Of a stretch of 44,991 nt of DNA, positions 27,853 through 36,263 are shown piece after piece. How positions within the stretch are numbered: the first letter of the stretch is position 1; each line of letters begins with the position of its first letter. The stretch is taken from the sequence record SRR2962707_1486; one strand, given 5' to 3'. Position numbers and translations under genes: made by a program. The notes beneath the pieces are model-generated. The model made no database searches, was not told where the DNA came from, and saw only the letters and a program-made list of their open reading frames with translations.

Positions 27853-28785
27853 TCAATTTCCAAGGTCCGATTCTCTGAGCTGGAAAGGCGCCTTCGCATT
27901 GGCATGGCGAATCCGTTCAGCCAGGAGATCGACAAAGACGCGCACTTTCGCAGTCAGATGGTGGCGTTCGGGATAGATGGCGGAGATGTTGGCAGTCTGG
28001 AAGAACTCTGGCAGGACGACACGGAGTCGGCCATCGCGCACATGATGGGCAATGTCCCACTCGGAGCGCAACATGATCCCGTGTCCGTTCAGCATCCATT
28101 CGCGCGCCATTTCGCCGTCATTTGTACTGAGCCCGCCGTTTACACGCGCGGAGGGGCTCACGTCACCCCGCTCGTCGAAGCGCCAGATGTCATAAATGTC
28201 GTGTTCCTGCCGCAGCACGATGCAATTGTGGTGCCGCAGATCCTCCAGGCTTGCTGGCGTTCCGTGCTTTTCCAGATATGCAGGCGAGGCGCACATGAAT
28301 CGGCGGTTTCTATGCAGCATACGCTGGATCAGATTGCTTGTCGGCGGGTTGCCGAAGCGAATGTTCAGATCGAAACCCTGTTCGATGAGATTCATTGGCG
28401 CGTCGGTTACAACCAGCTGCACTTCGACATCCTGATAGGTTTCGCGAAAGACGGCGACGGCCGGGGCAATGCATTCCCGGCTGAAGCCGAAGGTCGCATT
28501 GATCCGCAGCAGGCCGCTCGGCATTTCCTGGCCGGAACGGAGGCTGTTTTCCAGCTCTTCGATCTCTCCCAGAAGACGCACGGCCTTGCTGAAATATGCC
28601 TCGCCCTCGCCGGTCAGACTCACCCGCCGTGTGGTCCTGTTCATCAGCCGAACTCCCAGCCTTTCCTCCAGCCTTGCAAGGCGGCGGCTGACGGCGGAGG
28701 CCGTGATCCCTATGTCGCGCGCGGTTTCGACGAAGCTTCCGCGTCGCGCCAGACGCACGAAAAAACCCAGATCGCCCTCGCTCAT
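27853..28785 (-). CDS. LysR-family regulator, DmlR/TtuA-like (CrgA-type)
   Basis: GSFVETARDIGITASAVSRRLARLEERLGVRLMNRTTR, GLLRINATFGF, STNDGE..GHGIMLRSEWD; ATG 28785 follows GAGGT; divergent from the tct-ttu operon. Confidence 0.92.
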   Translation of the reverse strand: MSEGDLGFFVRLARRGSFVETARDIGITASAVSRRLARLEERLGVRLMNRTTRRVSLTGEGEAYFSKAVRLLGEIEELENSLRSGQEMPSGLLRINATFGFSRECIAPAVAVFRETYQDVEVQLVVTDAPMNLIEQGFDLNIRFGNPPTSNLIQRMLHRNRRFMCASPAYLEKHGTPASLEDLRHHNCIVLRQEHDIYDIWRFDERGDVSPSARVNGGLSTNDGEMAREWMLNGHGIMLRSEWDIAHHVRDGRLRVVLPEFFQTANISAIYPERHHLTAKVRVFVDLLAERIRHANAKAPFQLRESDLGN

Positions 28786-28810
28786 TGATGACCTCAAAGC
28801 ACTAATGATG

Positions 28811-28823
28811 TTCCGATTCGGAA
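28811..28823. promoter_or_regulatory. Perfect palindromic LysR box TTCCGA-T-TCGGAA (T-N11-A)
   Basis: Lies in the divergent gap between the DmlR-like lysR and tctC, overlapping the lysR promoter region as typical recognition sites do. Confidence 0.55.
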
Positions 28824-29009
28824 ATTAAGCATTCTGGTGAATTAGTCTAGGGTCCACTCTGTCTGTCAGTGAGGAGCTGGCGGGCTCTGTCGGTAGCGTG
28901 AGATCGGTTTGACAGGATCGGGGGGGCGCCGAACCAAGGACAATGGTCTTGGAACGGTCCCTTCAGCCATTGGCTGCGGCTCCTACGCAGCACTTATGAG
29001 GAGGATACT

Positions 29010-29963
29010 ATGAAAACGACACTAGCAACCATCTTCGCCGGGCTGCTCGCGGCGACGCCGCTCGCGGCGCAGTCTATTGAAGACTTTCCCACCCAGCCGA
29101 TGACCTACATCATCCCCTTCAACGCCGGCGGTGAATCCGATATTTCGGCCCGGTTCCAGCAGGCCGAATGGGAAGCCGTGACGGGCCACCAAGTGGTGAT
29201 CCAGTATCAGCCGGGTGCGGGTGGGGCTCAGGCTTGGTCACAGCTGAATTCACTGCCCGGCGATGGCTACACCATCATGGGAATCAACCTTCCGCACACG
29301 GCCCTGCAACCGATGGCCGGATCGGTCGGCTACAAGACCGAGGATCTGACGCCGGTCAATTACTTCCATTATACACCCGACGCGATCTTCGTGCGCAAGG
29401 ACAGCGAGTTCACGTCACTGGGTCAGCTGGTTGAATACGCCAAGGCGAACCCGGGCCTTGTCACCTTCGCAGGGTCGGGCTCGAACTCGTCAAACAATCT
29501 GGCCGCCATCCGCTTCAATGAGAAAGCCGACGTGACAACGACCTATGTTCCCTTCTCGGGCACCGGTCCGTCGATCACGGCAGTGCTCGGCGGGTCGACA
29601 ATGGCTGGCTTTAACTACGCAACCTCCGGCGTGAGCCAGGGCGATGCGCTGCGGATGCTCGCTGTGGCTTCCGATGAACGCCTTCCGGCTTTCCCTGACG
29701 TCCCGACCTTCAAAGAACTGGGCTATGACATTGTTGGCGGCGCGTATCGCGGCGTAGCCGTTCCAGCATCGGCTTCTGAAGAACTACGTCAGCGAATTTC
29801 CGACATCGTGTCCGAAGTCAACCATCGTCCCGACTTCGTCAAGAAAATGGAAGACGCCGGTTTCGTGCTGACCGACATCGGCTATGACAAGATGCCCGAT
29901 TTCGTTGCCACCCGCGTTGAAGAGTATACTGCCGGCGCCAAGGCGCTCGGTATTATTCAGTAA
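29010..29963 (+). CDS. tctC: Tripartite tricarboxylate transporter substrate-binding protein (Bug/TctC)
   Basis: Signal peptide; FPTQPMTYIIPFNAGGESD, PGAGG, DGYTI, VPFSGTGP, PDVPTFKELG; RBS GAGGAGG. Confidence 0.93.
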   Translation: MKTTLATIFAGLLAATPLAAQSIEDFPTQPMTYIIPFNAGGESDISARFQQAEWEAVTGHQVVIQYQPGAGGAQAWSQLNSLPGDGYTIMGINLPHTALQPMAGSVGYKTEDLTPVNYFHYTPDAIFVRKDSEFTSLGQLVEYAKANPGLVTFAGSGSNSSNNLAAIRFNEKADVTTTYVPFSGTGPSITAVLGGSTMAGFNYATSGVSQGDALRMLAVASDERLPAFPDVPTFKELGYDIVGGAYRGVAVPASASEELRQRISDIVSEVNHRPDFVKKMEDAGFVLTDIGYDKMPDFVATRVEEYTAGAKALGIIQ

Positions 29964-29974
29964 CGGCGACGAAG

Positions 29975-31981
29975 ATGGACATTATCGGCTACCTTTGGGA
30001 TGCGCTGACACCGTTTAACCTGGTACTTGCCCTTGCTGGCGTTGTTCTGGGGACAGTGATCGGTGCGTTGCCCGGGCTTTCGGCAACGATGGCGGTGGCC
30101 GTGCTTGTCCCCTTCACCTTCACCATGGATCCCGCCGCGGGGCTTATCGCCCTCGGCGCGATCTACACCGGTGCGATTTACGGCGGCGCCTTCGCGGCGA
30201 TCCTCGTCAACACGCCAGGAACACCGTCTTCGATAGCGACCACGTTCGATGGCTTTCCCATGGCCAAGAGAGGCGACGGCGGCTTGGCTTTGTCCGTCGC
30301 CACCATTTCCTCGGTTGCCGGCGGGATCGTCGGGGCGGTTGCCCTGCTACTGCTGGCGCCACCGCTGGCCAAGGTCGCACTGGCTTTCGGCCCGACGGAG
30401 TATTTCTGGCTCGCAATCTTCGGTCTGACGCTGATTGCGGCGTTGTCGGTCGGTAATACGATCAAGGGCCTGATCGGGACCTGCATCGGCCTGTTTCTGT
30501 CGATGGTCGGCGTGGCCGTTGTAGGCGGCGACGTTCGCTACACGCTCGACATGCAGCGGTTTCTTGGTGGGATAGATCTGACGTCGGCCATAATCGGTCT
30601 CTACTGCGTGCCCGTGATACTGGATCTCGTCGCAAACCCGGATCCGCATCTTGAGCCCTCTAACCAGGGCGGGCTCCGGGTCAGGGAAAGCCTCGCTTTG
30701 GCCGCGAAGAGCAAGTTCAATCTCTTGCGCTCCTCCGTCATCGGCACAGTGATCGGTATTCTGCCCGGCGCCGGTGGCTCCATTGCTGGCCTGGTTTCAT
30801 ATTCCGAAGCACGCCGATCCTCGAAAGAGCCCGAGACCTTCGGCAAAGGCAACCCGGACGGCGTCATTGCGACAGAGGCAGCCAACAACGCGACCGTGGG
30901 CGGCGGCTTCATCCCGACGCTGGTTCTGGGCATTCCCGGAACTCCGCCCGATGCAATTATCCTTGGCGCGCTGCTTGTCCAGGGTATCAAGATTGGGCCA
31001 ACGCTGTTCACCACGGATGCGCCCGTTGTCTACACCTTCATCTGGGGGCTGTTGATCGCGACCCTGCTAATGCTGCCGGTTGGCCTGCTGATCGGGCGCT
31101 ACGCCTATGCTTCCATCGTCAAGGTACCCAAGGCGGTGCTTGCGCCGACCGTTGCCCTGCTCACAATCATTGGTTCTTTTGCGATCCACTCCAATGTGGA
31201 AGACGCGCAGCTGATGGTCGGGCTTGGCATCCTCGCATGGATACTGAACCGCTACGGCTTCCAGCCATCCCCGATCGTTCTCGGTCTCGTTCTGGGTTCG
31301 ATTGCGGAGCAAGGATTTGTGCAGACGTGGCTCATCGGCAACGCTTCGGGCCGCCTGCCGGAGATGTTCTTCGGCCGACCGATCAGCATCGGTATCATCT
31401 TCGCCGCGCTCGTAACCCTGGCCTTCCCGATCTGGTCCGATTGGAAGGCCAAACGGCACAAGCAGTTGGAGGCCGTTCCTTTTGCCGAGGACGACGCCGG
31501 TGCGTCGATTGCCCCCGAGGTTAAGACCCGCGATCTTCCCGGTATGACTTTCGCGGCGGCCTTCGCGTTGCTGGGCCTGCTGATTTGGACAGGGGCATCG
31601 GGAATGTCCATGCTCGGTTCGGTATTCCCGCGCACGATTGCGGTGGTGCTTGGACTGTTCTCGGTGGTGCTGATCGTACAGAACATGCGGCGTCCGGCTG
31701 GTCCCGCGGACGGGGCTGTGTTCGCGCTGGAACCGGGTGGCCGTCGCCGCCTCCTGTTGGGAGCGGTCTTGATGGTCTGGGTGTTCCTTTTGCCCGAGAT
31801 CGGCTTCTTGGTTACCAGCTTTGCCGCTTTCGTAATGATCACAGTGATTGCGGACTACGATCGCCCGTCGCTTCGGACCTGGTCCATTTGGTTTGCTGCC
31901 GGAGCAGCCATCTGCACGGGCTTCTGGTGGCTGATGGCGAATGTCCTGCTGCTTCGCATGCCCGCAGGGCTTCTGTTCTGA
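29975..31981 (+). CDS. tctA: Tripartite tricarboxylate transporter permease: TctA fused in frame to a C-terminal TctB domain
   Basis: TctA motifs GALPGL, AILVNTPGTPSS, EAANNA..GGFIPTLVLGIPG; an extra ~150-aa 4-TM C-terminal domain with TctB-like FPR, LPEIGF and LLLRMPAG motifs. Confidence 0.88.
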   Translation: MDIIGYLWDALTPFNLVLALAGVVLGTVIGALPGLSATMAVAVLVPFTFTMDPAAGLIALGAIYTGAIYGGAFAAILVNTPGTPSSIATTFDGFPMAKRGDGGLALSVATISSVAGGIVGAVALLLLAPPLAKVALAFGPTEYFWLAIFGLTLIAALSVGNTIKGLIGTCIGLFLSMVGVAVVGGDVRYTLDMQRFLGGIDLTSAIIGLYCVPVILDLVANPDPHLEPSNQGGLRVRESLALAAKSKFNLLRSSVIGTVIGILPGAGGSIAGLVSYSEARRSSKEPETFGKGNPDGVIATEAANNATVGGGFIPTLVLGIPGTPPDAIILGALLVQGIKIGPTLFTTDAPVVYTFIWGLLIATLLMLPVGLLIGRYAYASIVKVPKAVLAPTVALLTIIGSFAIHSNVEDAQLMVGLGILAWILNRYGFQPSPIVLGLVLGSIAEQGFVQTWLIGNASGRLPEMFFGRPISIGIIFAALVTLAFPIWSDWKAKRHKQLEAVPFAEDDAGASIAPEVKTRDLPGMTFAAAFALLGLLIWTGASGMSMLGSVFPRTIAVVLGLFSVVLIVQNMRRPAGPADGAVFALEPGGRRRLLLGAVLMVWVFLLPEIGFLVTSFAAFVMITVIADYDRPSLRTWSIWFAAGAAICTGFWWLMANVLLLRMPAGLLF

Positions 31982-31994
31982 ATCGGAGAAATCA

Positions 31995-33077
31995 ATGAGC
32001 AAACGTATTCACAAGATTGCCGCCATCGGCGGTGACGGGATCGGCGTGGAAGTCGTCGATGCCTGCCTGGAGGTTCTTGACGCGCTGGCGGAGAAGGATG
32101 GCGGCTTCGGCTTCGATGTCGAGAATTTCGACTGGTCGACCGAACGCTACAAGCGCACCGGTGCTTTCATGCCTGCCGATGGAGCGGATCAACTGCGTGC
32201 CTTCGATGCGATCCTGTTTGGCGCCGTCGGCGCGCCGGACGTGCCGGACCACCTCACGCTGTGGGGACTGCGGCTTGCGATCTGCCAGCCGCTGGACCAG
32301 TACGCCAATGTCCGGCCAACCCGCGTCCTTCCCGGCATTCAGTCTCCCCTGCGCCATGTCAACGACGGCGAACTGGATTGGGTGATCGTGCGGGAGAACT
32401 CCGAAGGTGAATATGCTGGCCAAGGGGGACGCTCGCATCCCGGCCTGCCGCTGGAAGTCGCGACTGACGTGTCGATCTTCACACGAGCCGGGACCGAACG
32501 CATCATGCGCTTTGCATTCCGCCTGGCGCAGTCGAGGCCGCGCAAGCTCTTGACCGTCGTGACCAAGTCGAACGCTCAGCGGCACGGAATGGTGCTTTGG
32601 GACCAGATCGCCGCCGAAGTCGCGGCAGAGTTCCCTGACGTCTCCTGGGACAAGATGCTTGTCGATGCCATGACCGTACGGATGACGATGAACCCGGCCT
32701 CGCTTGACACCATCGTTGGCACTAACCTCCACGCCGACATCCTCTCTGACCTCGCCGCAGCCCTTTCCGGCTCCATCGGCGTCGCTCCCACGGCCAATCT
32801 GAACCCGGAGCGCGAAGCGCCCTCAATGTTCGAGCCGATCCACGGCTCGGCCTTCGATATCACGGGCAAAGGGGTTGCAAACCCCGTCGCGACCTTCTGG
32901 ACCGCCGCGATGATGCTTGAACATCTTGGCGAGAAACCTGCGGCCGACCGGCTGATGCTTGCGGTCGAAGCTGTCACTGCCAATCCAGAACTGCACACGC
33001 CCGACCTGGGTGGCAAGGCGACGACACGTATGGTCACGGATGCCGTAATTGATGCCCTTCGCGGCCGCAACGACTGA
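31995..33077 (+). CDS. ttuC: Tartrate dehydrogenase/decarboxylase, TtuC-type
   Basis: IDH/IPMDH family; PDVPDHLTLWGLRL, TVVTKSNAQRHGMV, NLHADILSDL and FEPIHGSAFDI match Agrobacterium vitis TtuC as recalled; ATG 31995 follows GGAG. Confidence 0.88.
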   Translation: MSKRIHKIAAIGGDGIGVEVVDACLEVLDALAEKDGGFGFDVENFDWSTERYKRTGAFMPADGADQLRAFDAILFGAVGAPDVPDHLTLWGLRLAICQPLDQYANVRPTRVLPGIQSPLRHVNDGELDWVIVRENSEGEYAGQGGRSHPGLPLEVATDVSIFTRAGTERIMRFAFRLAQSRPRKLLTVVTKSNAQRHGMVLWDQIAAEVAAEFPDVSWDKMLVDAMTVRMTMNPASLDTIVGTNLHADILSDLAAALSGSIGVAPTANLNPEREAPSMFEPIHGSAFDITGKGVANPVATFWTAAMMLEHLGEKPAADRLMLAVEAVTANPELHTPDLGGKATTRMVTDAVIDALRGRND

Positions 33078-33088
33078 GAAAGAACAAA

Positions 33089-34162
33089 ATGGCAAGCAAT
33101 CATATGAACATCGCCGTCATTCCGGGGGACGGGATCGGCAAGGAAGTGGTGCCGGAAGGGATCCGTGTGATCGAAGCGGTCGCGAAGCGCCACCAGATCG
33201 ACATGCGGTTCGACGAGTTCGACTTCGCGTCCTGCGATTATTATCAGAAACATGGGCAGATGATGCCGGACGACTGGAAAGACCAGATCGGTGGGCATGA
33301 TGCCCTGTTCTTCGGCGCTGTGGGCTGGCCTGCAACTGTGCCTGATCATGTTTCGCTCTGGGGCTCGCTGATTCAGTTTCGCCGACAATTCGACCAATAT
33401 ATCAGCCTGCGCCCTGCGCGGCTGATGCCGGGTGCGCCCAGCCCGCTTGCTGGGCGCAGTCCGGGCGACATCGATATGTGGATTGTCCGCGAGAACACTG
33501 AAGGCGAGTACTCCTCGGTCGGCGGCAAGATGTTCCCCGACACGCCGCGCGAGATCGTTATGCAAGAAACAGTGATGAGCCGGATCGGCGTCGATCGCGT
33601 TCTGAAATACGCTTTCGAACTGGCGGCGAAACGGCCGCGCGCCAAACTGACGTCGGCGACCAAGTCCAACGGTATCTCTATCACCATGCCCTACTGGGAT
33701 GAACGCGTGGTGGAAATGGCGAAGAACTATCCCAGCGTTAGCGTCGACAAATATCACATCGACATCCTGACGGCGCATTTCGTGCTGAACCCGAACAAGT
33801 TTGACGTGGTCGTGGCGTCGAACCTCTTCGGTGATATCCTGTCCGACCTCGGTCCCGCCTGTACCGGCACGATTGGTATTGCCCCGTCGGCGAACATCAA
33901 CCCGGAACGGGATTTCCCTTCTCTTTTCGAGCCCGTGCATGGCTCGGCCCCCGACATCGCGGGGCAAGGAACAGCCAACCCGATCGGCCAGATCTGGGCT
34001 GGTGCGATGATGCTGGACCATCTTGGTCATGCCAAGGCCGCTGCCAATGTCATGGCAGCGATCGAGCTGGTCCTTGCCGAGCCGTCCCTGCGTACCCGCG
34101 ACCTTGGTGGACCGGCAGATACGGTGACCTGCGGCAAGGCAGTGGCCGATGCGCTCTCGTGA
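33089..34162 (+). CDS. dmlA: Tartrate dehydrogenase / D-malate dehydrogenase (decarboxylating), DmlA(YeaU)-type
   Basis: GWPATVPDHVSLWGSL, TSATKSNGISITMPYWDER, SNLFGDILSDLGPACTGTIG and FEPVHGSAPDI match E. coli DmlA as recalled. Confidence 0.85.
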   Translation: MASNHMNIAVIPGDGIGKEVVPEGIRVIEAVAKRHQIDMRFDEFDFASCDYYQKHGQMMPDDWKDQIGGHDALFFGAVGWPATVPDHVSLWGSLIQFRRQFDQYISLRPARLMPGAPSPLAGRSPGDIDMWIVRENTEGEYSSVGGKMFPDTPREIVMQETVMSRIGVDRVLKYAFELAAKRPRAKLTSATKSNGISITMPYWDERVVEMAKNYPSVSVDKYHIDILTAHFVLNPNKFDVVVASNLFGDILSDLGPACTGTIGIAPSANINPERDFPSLFEPVHGSAPDIAGQGTANPIGQIWAGAMMLDHLGHAKAAANVMAAIELVLAEPSLRTRDLGGPADTVTCGKAVADALS

Positions 34163-35399
34163 AGACCTTTTGAGGGCAATGTTCGATGCTGCAATCGCTG
34201 CAGCTGACCCCGCAACGGTACTAGCGAGGCACCTCCCCGCCAAGCCAAAGGGGCGCTGCATCGTGGTCGGCGCCGGAAAGTCCTCCGCCTCGATGGCGCG
34301 GGCGGTCGAACTGGCCTGGCCCGATGTCGACCTCTCCGGCGTCGTCGTCACACGCTACGGTCATTCGGTTCCCACCGAGCGCATTGCTGTTCGGGAAGCC
34401 TCGCACCCGGTCCCGGACGCCGCCGGTGAGGCCGCAGCCCGGGAGATCCTGGAACTCGCCCGGTCGGCCAAGCCCGATGACTTGATCCTGGCGCTGATCT
34501 CCGGCGGCGGCTCGGCTCTGATGACCCTGCCGGCGCCTCCCTTGACGTCAGAAGAAAAGGCGGCGGTCAACAAGCTCCTTTTGAAGTCGGGCCTGACGAT
34601 CAAGGACATGAACCGGGTGCGTCGGAGGTTGTCACTGATCAAGGGGGGTGGCCTGGCCCGGGCCGCGGGCACCGCCCGGCTGGTGACACTTGCGATCTCG
34701 GACGTGCCCGGCGACGATCCGGCTGCGATTGCCTCTGGGCCGACGGTTCCGGACCCGAGTGCGAACGAGGATTTGTCGCATCTGGTGGCTCGCCTGGGTC
34801 CGGCATTGCCTGAAGCGGCAAGGGAGCTGTTGCTGGCCCCGGTCGGAGATGCACAAGGTTTCGATGCTGACTACCGGCTTATCGCTGCACCACAGATGTC
34901 GCTTGAAGCCGCCGCTGAAGTGGCGAGGGACGCGGGCGTGACACCAATCCTCCTGGGTGACGCTCTTGAGGGCGAGGCGCGCGAGATGGGGGTCGTAATG
35001 GCAGGTATTGCCCGTGCCGTTGCGAGGCACGGCACTCCGGTCGCGGCCCCCGCCGTCCTGCTCTCGGGCGGTGAGACTACGGTAACGATTGGCGACACCT
35101 CGCCGGGACAGGGAGGTCGGAATACCGAGTTCCTGTTGTCGCTGGCCATTGCCCTCGACAGCCATCCGCATATCTTTGCCCTCGCAGGCGACACGGACGG
35201 GATAGACGGAACGGAAGATGCCGCCGGTGCCGTGATCGGTCCTGACACATTATCCAATGCCCGCGCCGCGGGGTGCGACGCGCGAAGGGCCCTTGCCTTG
35301 CACGACAGCTACACATTCCTCGACCAGATAGGTTGCCTGATCCGCACCGGTCCGACACTGACCAATGTCAACGATTTCCGGGCCGTTCTCATCGGTTGA
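34149..35399 (+). CDS. ttuD: Glycerate 2-kinase (MOFRL/TtuD family)
   Basis: GAGKS, ASHPVPD, ISGGGSAL, ISDVPGDD..IASGPT, SGGETTV, GGRN, DTDGIDG, TGPTLTNVND; overlaps the dmlA stop. Confidence 0.92.
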   Translation: MRSREDLLRAMFDAAIAAADPATVLARHLPAKPKGRCIVVGAGKSSASMARAVELAWPDVDLSGVVVTRYGHSVPTERIAVREASHPVPDAAGEAAAREILELARSAKPDDLILALISGGGSALMTLPAPPLTSEEKAAVNKLLLKSGLTIKDMNRVRRRLSLIKGGGLARAAGTARLVTLAISDVPGDDPAAIASGPTVPDPSANEDLSHLVARLGPALPEAARELLLAPVGDAQGFDADYRLIAAPQMSLEAAAEVARDAGVTPILLGDALEGEAREMGVVMAGIARAVARHGTPVAAPAVLLSGGETTVTIGDTSPGQGGRNTEFLLSLAIALDSHPHIFALAGDTDGIDGTEDAAGAVIGPDTLSNARAAGCDARRALALHDSYTFLDQIGCLIRTGPTLTNVNDFRAVLIG

Positions 35400-35578
35400 C
35401 AGATATACCTTGGAGGACATCCCCGCGATGGCACTTCAAGACGGCGTTGCGTGTCTTTCTACCTCGTCGCTCCTTCTCGAAGAGGAAAAAAGCTCCGTAA
35501 GGTCGAGCGTCTTGCGAGCCGAGCCCGCTCCTTGGACGGTTCGCTCCGTCTTCACATGCAGACAGCGAAGTGCGTCAT

Positions 35579-35668
35579 AATCAACACATCAACCTCGCAC
35601 GGCAGTTCCCGCCCCAACATCACCTTGCCCTTGTCGTCGACGATGCAAAGAGTACAAGATCGCAGCGA
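35579..35668 (-). pseudogene. Short remnant of an IS110-family transposase N-terminus
   Basis: Minus strand translates SLRSCTLCIVDDKGKVMLGRELPCEVDVLI, resembling the (GLDV)SLRSCALCIVD.KG...ERELPCE start of alphaproteobacterial IS110 RuvC-like domains; the GLDV motif and the rest of the gene are missing. Confidence 0.55.
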
Positions 35669-35910
35669 TGCCTGATTTGCGGCGAAGCTCGCGGGCGTTC
35701 ACGGTGTCCTGTTTCATCTTCGATGACATGGGTCGCAATCCGACGCGCAACGCTGGGCTCGGAAGTCTCGGAAGTCTCGGACGCGAAGTCGTGAACCCGC
35801 TTCTGCATCAGACGCACATACTCTTCGCGGAACCAGATCGCGGCCCGCACTGAATCGACTCCGACCTCACTGACGCCGCTGGCGGGTTCATCTTCGATGT
35901 CGACGTGTCC
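35669..35910 (-). pseudogene. Frameshifted remnant resembling the C-terminus of a DUF3987/YfjI-like protein of integrative elements
   Basis: EPASGVSEVGVDSVRAAIWFREEYVRLMQKRVH...ARRIATHVIE, then after a +1 shift MKQDTVNARELRRKSG; includes a 9-bp tandem duplication (CTCGGAAGT x2). Confidence 0.4.
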
Positions 35911-36106
35911 ATATTAGGCAGATCGTCATAGGTCGCGCCCCATTGGCTTTCGTCTGCCGTCTCGATTACGGTGCGGAACGTCGTCGGGCGAGCGCCGCGA
36001 TTCTTGAACGACCGCTACCGCTTACCGTTTTCAAGTCTCTGGTCCAGCCGTTACTGGTTTAGGAAAAGGCTGGTGACGCTTTCTCAGCGACGTTGTAAAA
36101 GCAACG

Positions 36107-36133
36107 TGGGATATCTTGAGACAGTATGGGAGA
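36107..36133 (+). repeat. Three 7-bp direct repeats at 10-bp spacing (TGGGATA, TGAGACA, TGGGAGA): putative integrase arm-type sites
   Basis: Start at 36107, 36117 and 36127, about 90 bp inside the right att and separated from it by an AT-rich tract. Confidence 0.45.
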
Positions 36134-36221
36134 CCCGAGGACGACGAAGGCAAGCCGTCAGACTGCAGTTCTTGTTACAGTATTTTTCGTTAAAACGTAA
36201 CTTTTTCAAACGATTGATGTG

Positions 36222-36241
36222 CCTGCGAACGGCACCACTTC
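36222..36241 (+). repeat. Right att direct repeat (tRNA-Thr 3'-end copy) CCTGCGAACGGCACCACTTC
   Basis: 18/20 identity to 43-62; preceded by an AT-rich tract at 36181-36216. Confidence 0.75.
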
Positions 36242-36263
36242 TCCCATAACACAGCTTTGCCCG

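Larger units (their letters stand above)
43..36241. mobile_element. Putative ~36 kb genomic island integrated at tRNA-Thr(CGT); no intact integrase (decayed or fixed)
   Basis: Flanking direct repeats of the tRNA 3' end; accessory cargo; mobile-element remnants and phased repeats just inside the right repeat; housekeeping-type genes resume right after 36241. Confidence 0.7.

Noticed and set aside
25691-34351. Antisense ORFs 25691-26890 (399 aa), 27817-28788 (323 aa), 31067-32002 and 32576-34351 (591 aa)
   Set aside because: Each overlaps a clearly recognisable gene on the opposite strand.
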